From a virus: a DNA stretch of 64,000 nt. The notes beneath the pieces were generated by a model. The model did no database searches. It worked only from the letters and a program-made list of their open reading frames with translations, and had not been told where the DNA came from. The translations under genes and the position numbers were made by a program. Below, piece after piece: positions 34,980 to 45,242 of the stretch; positions within the stretch are counted from its first letter, which is position 1; each line of letters opens with the position of its first letter. The stretch lies in UHGV virus genome UHGV-1378516. One strand, given 5' to 3'.

Positions 34980-35300
34980 TTACTGAGCTACTTTCAAGAT
35001 TCTTGTGAATGGAATTTCACTTTCTTCCATTAACTCTTTAGTTTCTTTGGTAACTTTCACAAAGTTATCTAGGCAGATAATCTTCTTATCTTTCTTACTA
35101 TAGGTTAATTTAACCTTTTCAATATCTTTCTCAGAGCTTTTCTCTTCATTGAAGAGTTTTACAGCCTCTTTGAATGGGAGATATGAGCCATCATTATCAC
35201 TAATGAATCCTGTACCACAATAGTAGGAGTTATGCTCTCTAGCCATAAACTGGCACAGTAAGAAAATCTGTAATTTACGAGTGTTATAAACTTTGCTCAT
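34980..35300 (-). CDS. hypothetical protein (106 aa)
   Basis: ORF track. Confidence 0.45.
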   Translation of the reverse strand: MSKVYNTRKLQIFLLCQFMAREHNSYYCGTGFISDNDGSYLPFKEAVKLFNEEKSSEKDIEKVKLTYSKKDKKIICLDNFVKVTKETKELMEESEIPFTRILKVAQ

Positions 35301-35302
35301 GA

Positions 35303-35569
35303 TTATTTAGCCTTCTTATTACGTTTACGGTTACGAGCTTTCTTAGCTGCTCGTTTAATAGCTGCTGCACCAGACGGACGATGGGCTTGTTTCTTACCAC
35401 CTTTGCCACGGCCTACATAGATGTAAGGCTGCTGTTCAATTTGGCTTGTAAGAACCTGTGCAACCGCTGAAGCATCTACACCGACCTGCTTTCCAGTCAT
35501 AGAAACAATTGCTGCTGCTTTTGCCAGTGCCTTCAAGAATCCAGCTTTCATATTACCTAAAATTCCCAT
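35303..35569 (-). CDS. hypothetical protein with highly basic C-terminus
   Basis: C-terminal KRAAKKARNRKRNKKAK. Confidence 0.45.
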   Translation of the reverse strand: MGILGNMKAGFLKALAKAAAIVSMTGKQVGVDASAVAQVLTSQIEQQPYIYVGRGKGGKKQAHRPSGAAAIKRAAKKARNRKRNKKAK

Positions 35570-35665
35570 TTTTAGTCTCTCTCATTAAAGTTTAATACAG
35601 AACTTATGAAGTTCTTCTTCAGTGATACCAATTGGAGTTATACCTTAGCCCATTTGCCAGAATAA

Positions 35666-36166
35666 TCACTCTGCTCTCCACTGACAATCACCTTGCCACC
35701 CATACTCTTTTCTCCAGAGGTTTTGGTTATCAGAACCACGATATGGTTTAACTGTTGGTTTAGATGAATCATACTTACCATCAATCACCACGTCAACATA
35801 TTTCATCACATCAAGGTGAATTTTTTCATGTAACTGAAAACCTGTCCAGAGCCAGATAGATTTCTCTGGATAGATTGATTTAACCTTCTGACAAATCTTA
35901 GTGACTTCTCCAATGTTACGGTCATCCAATGGTTCTCCACCGAGGATAGACAGCCCACTTAAAGAGTCATCTTCCAAAAGTCTTAGAATGCCATAAAGGT
36001 TTGCATAAGTGAACTCTTTACCAGCATTAAACTTCCAAGACTCCCTGTTAAAGCAACCTTCACAGTGATGTTTGCAGCCAGCTACGAAGAGACTTACACG
36101 GACCCCTTCACCATTAGCTGTGTCAAATGGCCTAATCTCCATGTAATTCATTAGTTTAACCTCCAA
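35666..36166 (-). CDS. nrdG: anaerobic ribonucleotide reductase activating protein (radical SAM)
   Basis: CxxxCxxC cluster GCKHHCEGCFN; size 166 aa; adjacent to nrdD. Confidence 0.8.
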   Translation of the reverse strand: MEVKLMNYMEIRPFDTANGEGVRVSLFVAGCKHHCEGCFNRESWKFNAGKEFTYANLYGILRLLEDDSLSGLSILGGEPLDDRNIGEVTKICQKVKSIYPEKSIWLWTGFQLHEKIHLDVMKYVDVVIDGKYDSSKPTVKPYRGSDNQNLWRKEYGWQGDCQWRAE

Positions 36167-36273
36167 ATCAAAGGGTTTGGTAATCCAATTACTGACGCTA
36201 CTAATGTATATACAAATGCCACCATTAAGAAAATGACAAACGCACCTATAACCCTATACATTCACAAATTACC

Positions 36274-36573
36274 TCACCAATACATATAGACGTTCTTTGC
36301 AGCTTTCTTTGGAGACTTGCTATCAATGTCAAAGTCTTCATCTAAGAAGGATGTCTTAGAAAGCTGTCTTATTTGTGTTCTTGTAATACGTTTAGTAGCC
36401 TTCTTAATCTCTCTACAAGGTTGACTTGTAAAGTCATAAGAGCCACCTTTTCTGGACATCATATCAGAATGGAAGTAGATATCTGAAGCGTTCTCTCTGT
36501 TACGCGCTTCATTTCTCCACTCATAGAATCCGTGAACGTTCTTTAAACCTTTTCTTCGAATTGTTTTACTCAT
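36274..36573 (-). CDS. hypothetical protein (99 aa)
   Basis: ORF track. Confidence 0.45.
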   Translation of the reverse strand: MSKTIRRKGLKNVHGFYEWRNEARNRENASDIYFHSDMMSRKGGSYDFTSQPCREIKKATKRITRTQIRQLSKTSFLDEDFDIDSKSPKKAAKNVYMYW

Positions 36574-36965
36574 TCAAATACCACCTGACAAGGTACATGC
36601 TTAGTAATAAACTCTTCGCAGTGTTTCTTGATGAAATCCTGCAAGATTACACAGTCTTGTGCACAGGTCATTAGTGCAATATACTCTGGGTTCATAATAT
36701 TTTCAAGACTATAGAAGACAACATTGTTAGATAGTTCATGACCGTCTTCTTCAGACCAAGTTCCAGTGACTACAGCTAATTTGTCAAGCAATCCATTAGG
36801 CAATGCTACACCATCTTCTACAGAATCACTTAGAACGTTGTCGCTGATGTACAATGTGAAGGTCGTATGGAATGTTGAATATCTTACGTGATTCTTTTCG
36901 CAAGAGCCACACTCTGAGGCATAATCTTTAATCCACTCTAACTGTTTTTTGTTCAACTTAATCAT
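36570..36965 (-). CDS. hypothetical protein (131 aa)
   Basis: ORF track. Confidence 0.45.
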   Translation of the reverse strand: MIKLNKKQLEWIKDYASECGSCEKNHVRYSTFHTTFTLYISDNVLSDSVEDGVALPNGLLDKLAVVTGTWSEEDGHELSNNVVFYSLENIMNPEYIALMTCAQDCVILQDFIKKHCEEFITKHVPCQVVFE

Positions 36966-37162
36966 AATTTCACCTTAGTTGGTAATGCACTGAATGCTAT
37001 GACTAACCCTAAAAATGGTTTGAAGCATGACCATAAATCCATCTGACCCTGATATGCGAAACTCCATTGTGGGTCTGAAAAACCCCATACCATAACACTA
37101 ACCCCAAAGAAGAAGATTAGAATGTGGAGAATGTATATCAATGCTTTTGATATTTTAAACAT
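36962..37162 (-). CDS. small membrane protein
   Basis: Hydrophobic ALIYILHILIFFFGVSVMVWGF. Confidence 0.4.
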   Translation of the reverse strand: MFKISKALIYILHILIFFFGVSVMVWGFSDPQWSFAYQGQMDLWSCFKPFLGLVIAFSALPTKVKL

Positions 37163-37315
37163 TTTAACTTGCCTCTTAATTCACAATAAGAGAGTCCTAA
37201 AAAGAACCCTAGTAAGACAGAACCTATGAACAACCCAATAATACTCTCTGCCATATCTAACATCCAATAAAAAGGTGATGTAAGCCTATCAAGACTCACA
37301 CCACCATGTCAAGTT

Positions 37316-39460
37316 TTACATAGAAACTCTGTCACGAATCTCAGCGATTTTTGCATCGTTCATTCGGGATTCACCTTTAATCTTAGTCCATCCAAGATAC
37401 CCACACACTCTGTTAATCACAGAGATATCATGTGAGTGACAAACTTCACACTCTTCAACATCTGATTTTGGTCTGTTACCACAATGCTCACAGATTGCTA
37501 AGTCAAAGTTAAGTCCCTGATAGAAACCTTTCAACATACCTCTGGTAATACAACTTTTAAGTGCTGATAAGTTTTCTGGGTTAGCTACTCTTACATACTG
37601 GATTCTACCGCCTCTACAGATATGGAAGTATGGCTCTTCTAAGTCCTGCTTCTCAAATGGCGAGATGTCTGCTGCAACATTCATATGGAAACTGTTTGTA
37701 AAGTATTCCTTATCGGAAACACCTTTGATAACCCCAAACATATCTCTGAACTGTTTTAGCTGAGTCCCACATAGTGATTCTGCTGGAGTACCATAGACGG
37801 CATATAAGAAGCCATCTTCATTTTTAAACTCTTCGGTTTTCATGTTGATGTATGCCAGAACATCATATGCAAAACTATAGCTTCCAACTTCATGAAGTCG
37901 TTTACCTTCAGCAAGAACAGACAACTCATCAAGCGCAGTAACACCAAAAGAAGCTGTGAAGGACTTCACAATATCCCAACCAACCTTGTCAGTAGGTTTC
38001 TTAGTTCCTTTGTACAGACCACCTTGTGTGAATGCAAGAGGGTTAGAACTTGCTGGCATATTAGCAATCATTTCGTAGCGTTTCTTATGGAAACTACGAA
38101 TCATCTCTAGGTACTTATCAAGCTCTTTCCAGAAATCTAAACCATTCTCTTTAGAATACTGGTAAATCATTGGTAAGTTCAAAGATACAGCACCAATGTT
38201 AGCACGACCAACGTAGAACTCTTCTCCACCCTCATTAAGATATGGAGATAAGAAAGCTCTACAACCCATCGGTGAAATTACCTTACCAGAACGCTCAAAA
38301 GCCTCTGCTACAGCACCATGACCAGACACACTTAAGAAATCTGGGTACATTGCTTTAGAGCAACACTCAATAGCTTTACTGTACAGGTGACCTTGACAGA
38401 TATTTTCATCATGTCTCTTCTGGTCATAAATATAAACCAGTTTAGGGAATACAACAGGTTTTTTGCTCTTGCCTTGTCCATTCATACGAACATCTAGGAG
38501 AGTACTTGCAATCATGTATTGTAGTCGATTATCCTCATTAGACATATCTGAGTCAAGTAAACCAAATGTTAAAGTTGTGAATGCAAAATCACCACGGCTA
38601 CAAGGTACGGTATTTAGTTTCATCTCAAGTGACTGAAAACCTTGAGTCAGTTCAATTTGTAACTGCTCCATTACATAATTGTGGTAATGCTCTTTAGGAA
38701 TACCATAAGATGATGCTTTCTCAGCATGATAGCGTAGAGACTTCTTAGCATACGGTACAAGTACCTTATCAATCTCTGCTAAAGTAAAACCACCAAATTG
38801 CTGTGCAGTTGCTGAAAGTACTACGTCACCAATAACCTGCAACGCTGACAGTACAGATTTAGGTTCACAGTACTCAATGCCGGACATTTCAAAGCCACCT
38901 TTTAGTACTTTACCAATGTCAAACAGGCAACAGTTAATACCACCAAAAATCAGGTCTCTCAAATCGTGGATATAGATAAAGCCTTTCTCAATGGCTTCAA
39001 GTTCCTCTGGTGTTAGATGATACTGTTTAAAGATTTCTTTAGTCAGGTAACCACGGATAATTGAACCTTTCGTAGAAATTAAACTGCTGTCAAAGTTAGC
39101 ATTTTCACGGTCACCTAAGAAGAGTGTGTCTCTAGTCTTTTGGTAAAGTTCATCCCAATTTTGAGCAACCTCTTTACGGTAATTTCTGTATGTTGAGTAA
39201 GACTCGTAAATCTCGTGATTAACTTCTGCCAAAGCACCCTCAACAATACTGTGAATATCATTTACTGAAATGAGCAAATTATTCTGCTTAGTGGACTTTA
39301 CCAGAATCCTCATGAATGCTGACTCAAGAGCTTGGGTAACATCTGGTGGCAGTTCTTTATATCCAACCCTGTTAGCTGACTTTGTTACTGCCGCTAAAAC
39401 TTTTTTGATATCAGGTTCTTCAAGTGAGCCATTCTTTTTAATAATCTGTACTTTGTTCAT
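37316..39460 (-). CDS. nrdD: anaerobic ribonucleoside-triphosphate reductase (class III)
   Basis: 714 aa; C-terminal glycyl-radical region RVCGYLGWTKIKGESRMNDAKIAEIRDR and Cys-rich zinc ribbon CEHCGNRPKSDVEECEVCHS. Confidence 0.85.
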   Translation of the reverse strand: MNKVQIIKKNGSLEEPDIKKVLAAVTKSANRVGYKELPPDVTQALESAFMRILVKSTKQNNLLISVNDIHSIVEGALAEVNHEIYESYSTYRNYRKEVAQNWDELYQKTRDTLFLGDRENANFDSSLISTKGSIIRGYLTKEIFKQYHLTPEELEAIEKGFIYIHDLRDLIFGGINCCLFDIGKVLKGGFEMSGIEYCEPKSVLSALQVIGDVVLSATAQQFGGFTLAEIDKVLVPYAKKSLRYHAEKASSYGIPKEHYHNYVMEQLQIELTQGFQSLEMKLNTVPCSRGDFAFTTLTFGLLDSDMSNEDNRLQYMIASTLLDVRMNGQGKSKKPVVFPKLVYIYDQKRHDENICQGHLYSKAIECCSKAMYPDFLSVSGHGAVAEAFERSGKVISPMGCRAFLSPYLNEGGEEFYVGRANIGAVSLNLPMIYQYSKENGLDFWKELDKYLEMIRSFHKKRYEMIANMPASSNPLAFTQGGLYKGTKKPTDKVGWDIVKSFTASFGVTALDELSVLAEGKRLHEVGSYSFAYDVLAYINMKTEEFKNEDGFLYAVYGTPAESLCGTQLKQFRDMFGVIKGVSDKEYFTNSFHMNVAADISPFEKQDLEEPYFHICRGGRIQYVRVANPENLSALKSCITRGMLKGFYQGLNFDLAICEHCGNRPKSDVEECEVCHSHDISVINRVCGYLGWTKIKGESRMNDAKIAEIRDRVSM

Positions 39461-39478
39461 TATTGCCCCTTTACATGC

Positions 39479-39500
39479 TAAAAAGGTCTCCGAAGAGACC
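39479..39500 (-). terminator. terminator/attenuator hairpin between upstream small gene and nrdD
   Basis: Hairpin GGTCTCTTCGGAGACC followed by T-run on minus strand. Confidence 0.55.
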
Positions 39501-39508
39501 CTTTCATT

Positions 39509-39715
39509 TTAAATCTTTTTAGAAAACTTCGAAACGAGTTTTCTTAGTTTTTCAGTGATGCCTAACTGTATCTCTAATATTTCAAAGATAACCCATAGTA
39601 ACATGGCCCCAAACAATGAACCTTGTTCAAAATCAGTAAATAGGTTAACAATCAGCATACCAATCACAATAGCTGGTGCATCAACAACCAAACCTTCCCA
39701 AATGCGTTTAAGCAT
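39509..39715 (-). CDS. small membrane protein
   Basis: Hydrophobic stretches in 68 aa. Confidence 0.4.
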   Translation of the reverse strand: MLKRIWEGLVVDAPAIVIGMLIVNLFTDFEQGSLFGAMLLWVIFEILEIQLGITEKLRKLVSKFSKKI

Positions 39716-39950
39716 TATTCACCTCTGCCATAAAATTCTGTAGCGTCCCAACAGGCTTTAGGTTTTGTCCATCAGTTTTCATGATGAATGGCATCTGACG
39801 AACTGGCATCTGTGCAATATCCATCAGGTCTGACAGTTCATAATCCTGCCCTAACATTCTCACAACATGGTCAATACCACGAGCTTTTGCAAAATTCTTT
39901 GCAGTCTCACACTGAGGGCATCCAGTTTTGGAGTAAATCACATAAGTCAT
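39708..39950 (-). CDS. glutaredoxin/NrdH-like redoxin
   Basis: CPQC active site in MTYVIYSKTGCPQCETAK; 80 aa; adjacent to nrdB. Confidence 0.65.
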   Translation of the reverse strand: MTYVIYSKTGCPQCETAKNFAKARGIDHVVRMLGQDYELSDLMDIAQMPVRQMPFIMKTDGQNLKPVGTLQNFMAEVNNA

Positions 39951-41023
39951 TAAGGAACCTCTAAAAATCCACTATTCAAATCATCTACAACAGTATTCAA
40001 CAGGTACGCACCGTTCTGTTGCTCCTGATTAGCATTCTGCTCTTTATCAATTTCCATCTTCTTAATCATATACTTCAAAGGTGGTTCTTTAGGAGCTACA
40101 AAATCTCTGGGAATGCCAAACATATCATACAGTGGGGCAGCATTATAGTAAACCCACTCATGAAGAAGTTTTGTATTTAAGCCAACTACAGCACGTCCTT
40201 CGGAGAAGATATAATACGACCATTTCTCTTCACTTTCAACTACTTCATCTAAGATTACTTTAATCTCTGGAAGAATTTGTTGAAAAGCTTTCTGCCACTC
40301 ATCATCTCTTAAAGTTTCTTTTAAAACTTCAATATCAATTTTGGTGTGAAGGATTTCATCAAGCATAATCTTCTGGACAGCTTGAGCAATACCCTGAAAT
40401 TTATCCTGAGCATCAAGTGCAAAGGTACATGCAAAAGATGCCATGAAGGAAATACCTTCAAGTGCAGTCACTGCAAACAGCCCTTTCAGAATCACTTTAT
40501 GGAAGTGTAAAGGGTCTTTGTCCAGAAGTGAATCACGGACATAACTCAGGCGATAGTTTATACCTTCATCCAGTAATTCTTCAAGAACACGATTCACAGT
40601 TTTTAATCGGTCTTGTACAGCAACATTCTGGTTAATCTCATCTAAGATTGTTTCAGGGTTTTTAATACATTGCCTTACAATCTCTGAGTAAGTAAGAGCA
40701 TGTAGGTTTTCAATCTCAGACTGCTTCATAATTGCAGTTGCATAGATGTCATCAGAGATGAATGGTGCAAAGGCGAATGCCAAGCTCTTAGCAACTTGGG
40801 TATCTGCTTCCCACTGCCACTTAAGAATCTCAAGCATTACACCTGACATTGATGCTGGCACACTCTCAAAATCAAGACGTGATTGTTCAAAAGGAAACTC
40901 ATCTTCTGACCAGTCTTGCGCTTTTTGTTGTTTATATAGCTCAAAGATTTTTGGGTAGTGTTTATTAAGTGAGTCAAATGTCTTTCTCTCACCACCTAAA
41001 AAGATTGGGTGTTGGTTAATCAT
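39950..41023 (-). CDS. nrdB: ribonucleotide reductase class Ia beta subunit
   Basis: Ferritin-like di-iron helices; start set at MINQHPIF with AAGGAGA RBS. Confidence 0.8.
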   Translation of the reverse strand: MINQHPIFLGGERKTFDSLNKHYPKIFELYKQQKAQDWSEDEFPFEQSRLDFESVPASMSGVMLEILKWQWEADTQVAKSLAFAFAPFISDDIYATAIMKQSEIENLHALTYSEIVRQCIKNPETILDEINQNVAVQDRLKTVNRVLEELLDEGINYRLSYVRDSLLDKDPLHFHKVILKGLFAVTALEGISFMASFACTFALDAQDKFQGIAQAVQKIMLDEILHTKIDIEVLKETLRDDEWQKAFQQILPEIKVILDEVVESEEKWSYYIFSEGRAVVGLNTKLLHEWVYYNAAPLYDMFGIPRDFVAPKEPPLKYMIKKMEIDKEQNANQEQQNGAYLLNTVVDDLNSGFLEVP

Positions 41024-41277
41024 AGTGTGATTTCTCCTTTCTTTATCATCTCTAAGGCTTGTTTTCTGTCTAAAACTTCCCAATTTTCTTTGTTAAACAT
41101 GTCATAAGGTCTTGCATATATTTTACCATCTGCTGTAGAGATGTAAGAGACACCAGCGACCCATGAGTCATCATTCTGTTTTATCATCATATATGTGCTA
41201 CTCACATAGTACAGCGTTTTCCGAGGTTTGTGGAGCAAGTATATAGGCCACTCGTGATTTGCTATTAAATCTTTCAT
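41020..41277 (-). CDS. hypothetical protein between nrdA and nrdB (start trimmed to MKDLIANHEW)
   Basis: Track ORF 41020-41361; upstream part overlaps nrdA 3' end. Confidence 0.4.
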   Translation of the reverse strand: MKDLIANHEWPIYLLHKPRKTLYYVSSTYMMIKQNDDSWVAGVSYISTADGKIYARPYDMFNKENWEVLDRKQALEMIKKGEITL

Positions 41278-41332
41278 AGTCTCTCCAAAGTTAATTTTAG
41301 AGGGTCTTTTACGACCCTCATAGTTATTAAAA

Positions 41333-43567
41333 CTAAACACCACAACCCTCGCAATAAGCATCTTGCAGTGCAGATTTACCTACACCAATGCGACTGTTAA
41401 GGTAGTACATGGTTTTCATACCTACCGAGTTGGCATAAATCATGTACTTCAAAGCTTGAGCCAATGATACCTTCTTAGCTTTTGCGTAGTCAACATAGAA
41501 ATCTGAAGAGATAGCTTGACCAGTGAACTTTTGAACAATTGCATAACAATCAATCAGGTCAAAGGTGTCAATACCCCAAGCAATTTCATATACATACTTC
41601 AACTCTTCATAATCTGGAACAATAAACAGCACGTTACCAGTTGCAGACTTTTTAGTTAAAATAAAGTCACGAATTGGGTACAAGCCATTTGTCGTATTAG
41701 TTGCTAGTGAAGAACTCTCATTAGGCATGTAAGCTTCTAATACAGAGTTTCGGATTCCACCATTCTCTTTGATACGTTGTGCTAAGTCATCCCAATCATA
41801 TCGTAGTTTCGCATCATGCTTTTCATCAATCTTCTTGTTAGCTGTCTTTGGAGGAACCCACCCTTCAGGATACTTAGTGAACTGCATATACTCAGGTACA
41901 CCACGTTCTTTAGCAAGTCTCAAAGAAGCTTCGTGTAAGTAGTAAGAGTGCATTTCAGCAAGCTCATGAAGCTTCGTTTTACCTGCTCTTGAAGAATAGT
42001 TCACGTAGTTCTTCGCAAGGTAATGAGCCACATTTGTAAGGCCAATCCCAACAGAACGACGCTTCTGAACATGGTTACGCATCGACGGATACGGATAATC
42101 CATAAGGTCAATAACGGAGTCAACCATTGCAAGAGCATAATAAGCAACGTCAGCGTATTCATCTTCTGAAATTCTCCCTGCAACCAAACTAGCTAGGAAG
42201 CAAAGAGCCACCTCACCATCCTCTTTCACAGCATCGTCTCTGTAAAGGTCTGTCTCTTTCTCAAAACCATACACTGGCAATACAATTTCCATACAAAGAT
42301 TTGACATCTTCAATGGTTCTTTAAATGGTGTATGTGTGTTTGCATTGTTAGTGAAGAATGGATACACACGGCCTGTAGCATAACGCTGTTGAATAAACAG
42401 CTTAGCAATTTCACGAGCCTTGACTCGTCTGTGTTTAACACCTGAATGTACTGCATGACCAACTGCCATAGCAAACTCATCAGCAGATGCTGTGTAGAAC
42501 ATGTCATAGAGTTTTGGTGCATCTTTGTAAGAGAATAGCAACCAATCTGTATCATACTGAACACACTGCCAGAAATAATCGTTTGTGCCGAATGAGTAGT
42601 CCATCTCATTAATACGTTTAGAAGGAACCGTTGTAGGGTGCTTCAAACGCAGTAAATCTTCAATCTGCGGGTCTAGAGCAGTGTAGAAGTTATTAGCTGA
42701 ACCACCACGACTCTTCTGTTTGTTTGCCTCTACAGATGAACGTACAAGCTTGTAATAAGGTAGCTTACCCATGTGCTCAATAGTATTTTGACGAATACCA
42801 TCACCAATAGTGCGAGTCTCCATCAGCATACCAATACCAGCTTGCTTTGTAGTCATATCATAAGCAACCTTTGCAGCAATACCAAGTGATTCAGCGGTAT
42901 CATTCGCCTTAATCAAACAGCATGACGCATAACCTGATTTAGTAGCCCTTAAACCATTCAGATAAGGCGTAGGAGCATTAATCTTAAGGTCAGATAGGTA
43001 AGTGTACAGTTTGATAACATCTTGCAGTCTACGGTGCTTTGGTTGCTTCTCAAAGGCTTTCATAGCCATACCCATAAACATAAATTGTGGTGACTCAAAA
43101 AGTCTTCCCGTTTTAATATCACGGATACCATACTTGTCTCTGAACTGTTTCAAGACTGCATAACCGTAAGAGATATCTTTTGAGTGCACAATGTACCCTT
43201 GCAGATATTCAAGCTCTTCCTGAGAATAGTCCATCTTCTCCCAAAGTCCTGCTCTCTCCATATTTTTAACGAAGGTAACCAGCGTAGGAACCTTAGTAAA
43301 GCCTCCAAAGGCTTCTTTGTAGATAATCCCTAGAAGTAGCCGTCCAGCCATGTCTGAGTACTCTTGAGTTTGTTTATCAACACAAACATCAATCATGGCT
43401 TGGTGCATCTCTTTTGTGGTGCAACCCTCGTAGACACGCTTCATGGCTTCCATAGTGACTTCTGACCAGATAATTCCACGCTTGTCTGCCCATGATGCCC
43501 ACTTATTCAGTCTTTCTGGGTCAAAGCTTACTACTGTACCGTTTGATTTTTTAATTGTCTTAATCAT
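41333..43567 (-). CDS. nrdA: ribonucleotide reductase class Ia alpha subunit
   Basis: 744 aa; N-terminal ATP-cone-like MIKTIKKSNGTVVSFDPERLNKW; C-terminal redox Cys pair region. Confidence 0.85.
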   Translation of the reverse strand: MIKTIKKSNGTVVSFDPERLNKWASWADKRGIIWSEVTMEAMKRVYEGCTTKEMHQAMIDVCVDKQTQEYSDMAGRLLLGIIYKEAFGGFTKVPTLVTFVKNMERAGLWEKMDYSQEELEYLQGYIVHSKDISYGYAVLKQFRDKYGIRDIKTGRLFESPQFMFMGMAMKAFEKQPKHRRLQDVIKLYTYLSDLKINAPTPYLNGLRATKSGYASCCLIKANDTAESLGIAAKVAYDMTTKQAGIGMLMETRTIGDGIRQNTIEHMGKLPYYKLVRSSVEANKQKSRGGSANNFYTALDPQIEDLLRLKHPTTVPSKRINEMDYSFGTNDYFWQCVQYDTDWLLFSYKDAPKLYDMFYTASADEFAMAVGHAVHSGVKHRRVKAREIAKLFIQQRYATGRVYPFFTNNANTHTPFKEPLKMSNLCMEIVLPVYGFEKETDLYRDDAVKEDGEVALCFLASLVAGRISEDEYADVAYYALAMVDSVIDLMDYPYPSMRNHVQKRRSVGIGLTNVAHYLAKNYVNYSSRAGKTKLHELAEMHSYYLHEASLRLAKERGVPEYMQFTKYPEGWVPPKTANKKIDEKHDAKLRYDWDDLAQRIKENGGIRNSVLEAYMPNESSSLATNTTNGLYPIRDFILTKKSATGNVLFIVPDYEELKYVYEIAWGIDTFDLIDCYAIVQKFTGQAISSDFYVDYAKAKKVSLAQALKYMIYANSVGMKTMYYLNSRIGVGKSALQDAYCEGCGV

Positions 43568-43583
43568 TTTTAAATCCTACAGA

Positions 43584-43606
43584 TGAAAAGAGCCTCCAAA
43601 GAGGCT
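43584..43606 (-). terminator. rho-independent terminator
   Basis: Hairpin GAGCCTCTTTGGAGGCTC + T-run on minus strand. Confidence 0.6.
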
Positions 43607-43613
43607 CCCTAGT

Positions 43614-43946
43614 TTAAATCTTGAAAATTTGCTCATTCTGCCACATATCGTAAAACTTATCACTTACTTTTGTGACTGATGAAGTGTGCATACAGTTGAC
43701 GAACCATGATATATTATTATTCATAATTATTTCAAGCTGTTTTGTGACATCCACATTCATGTCTTCAACAACGTAATTACCTCGCATCTTGCAAACAATT
43801 CTCCCAAACAAGATTGCACTTCTGCCTCTTCGGTCATCACAGTACATAACTGTGTCCCCGTGCTTAACATCTTGTCCGATACTATCAACACCTAATTTAG
43901 CACCTGAGATAATGTCATCATAAGATAGCTTTTTTGCTTTAGACAC
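43614..43946 (-). CDS. hypothetical protein (110 aa)
   Basis: ORF track. Confidence 0.45.
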   Translation of the reverse strand: MSKAKKLSYDDIISGAKLGVDSIGQDVKHGDTVMYCDDRRGRSAILFGRIVCKMRGNYVVEDMNVDVTKQLEIIMNNNISWFVNCMHTSSVTKVSDKFYDMWQNEQIFKI

Positions 43947-44271
43947 GGTATTTCTCCAAGTTTCTTTTTAGATATAACCAACCATAGTCAGTCCTTTCTA
44001 CACCCATGAAGAGTGGAGCCATTACAACTTTACCAAAAGTATTCCTGTGTTGACAGATTTCAAAAGAATACTCTTTCTCAATATCAATCCCGTATTTGTA
44101 CAGAACTGCTTTTAAAACTTGTTCATTGTCCAGAAGTGTATCTGGAGTCTCACCATACTTCTCAAGTAACGGGTCATTCATAAACACCGTCATAGAAATA
44201 TTATAGTTTGAGAAGTGGCTCTTCTGAGCCACACCTTCTTTATTAATGTTCTGTGAATCCATTATAACCAA
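43939..44271 (-). CDS. hypothetical protein (110 aa)
   Basis: ORF track. Confidence 0.45.
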   Translation of the reverse strand: MVIMDSQNINKEGVAQKSHFSNYNISMTVFMNDPLLEKYGETPDTLLDNEQVLKAVLYKYGIDIEKEYSFEICQHRNTFGKVVMAPLFMGVERTDYGWLYLKRNLEKYRV

Positions 44272-44998
44272 CCCCTTTTAACCAGCACTTCAGGTTATTA
44301 GCATCATAATTCAGTTTCGGGTATGAGGTTACATGGAACTGCTCACCATCATAGTAGACAATATCTGCAATCCATAGTCCGTTCTCTTTACAGAAATCTT
44401 TATCTGCTTTAGAGGTAATTGGATTAACTTCTACAAAACCATCTACACCCAAATCCTTTAAGCTACCTACAATACCTTTGCAGATAACGCATGTCTCAGA
44501 TACTACCACAAAAAGTTCTTGGCTTTCAAGTTCTACAATGTATTCACCAAGCTGTACTTTTGGGAGATTCGATTGCTTCATAATCTTCCCATCGGCTACA
44601 CGAACAATTGCATACCATTCTTTACCATCAACAACTGACATTCTGATAATACACTCTTGACCAGTGCGCTTTTCAATGTCTGCAAGACGTTTTAAAGCTT
44701 CTTCATAATTGTCTGTGTATTTCAGGTCATTATTATGGCAAACAGCTTTCATAGCACCGTTATGGTCATGCTGTGACAGATAAATCAAGCCGTCAAGGAC
44801 ATATTGCAAATCTGCCTGAGCATCCAGTGTCTCAATGGGGTCTTTCTCTTCAATTGCTTTTACAAGCTCTTTTGCTTCTTCAAGCATACACAGAGATTGA
44901 GATTTCAAAGACTCCCAATACTCATTACTGTAGGGTTGTTTTTGAGTATTTCCGCAACGAAGATTCCAGTTTTTTACTGATTCTCTTGAGTTAAACAT
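44243..44998 (-). CDS. hypothetical protein (251 aa)
   Basis: ORF track. Confidence 0.5.
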   Translation of the reverse strand: MFNSRESVKNWNLRCGNTQKQPYSNEYWESLKSQSLCMLEEAKELVKAIEEKDPIETLDAQADLQYVLDGLIYLSQHDHNGAMKAVCHNNDLKYTDNYEEALKRLADIEKRTGQECIIRMSVVDGKEWYAIVRVADGKIMKQSNLPKVQLGEYIVELESQELFVVVSETCVICKGIVGSLKDLGVDGFVEVNPITSKADKDFCKENGLWIADIVYYDGEQFHVTSYPKLNYDANNLKCWLKGVGYNGFTEH

Positions 44999-45236
44999 TC
45001 GGACTCCTTAAAAATCTGTTAACTTTTAGCTCTCGTGTTTCAATATATTCTAGATGCTCACGTAGCTCTTGGCGTTTAAGCATTAGGTGCTGCATTTGTG
45101 ATTCAACAGCTTCAACTTCTTTAATTATTGACTCTCTGGCATTTGCAAGGATGCGCTCAAGTTCTTCAATCTTGCTGTCAACTTTTGCTACATGGCTCAC
45201 AGCTTTACTTTTGTTAAACATTTTATTCTCTCTCAA
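44991..45236 (-). CDS. hypothetical coiled-coil protein (81 aa)
   Basis: ORF track. Confidence 0.4.
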   Translation of the reverse strand: MRENKMFNKSKAVSHVAKVDSKIEELERILANARESIIKEVEAVESQMQHLMLKRQELREHLEYIETRELKVNRFLRSPNV

Positions 45237-45242
45237 TAGTTA

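Noticed and set aside
44243-44998. MazG-like pyrophosphohydrolase call for the 251-aa protein
   Set aside because: Only a vague acidic helix resemblance; no convincing EExxE signature, so left as hypothetical.
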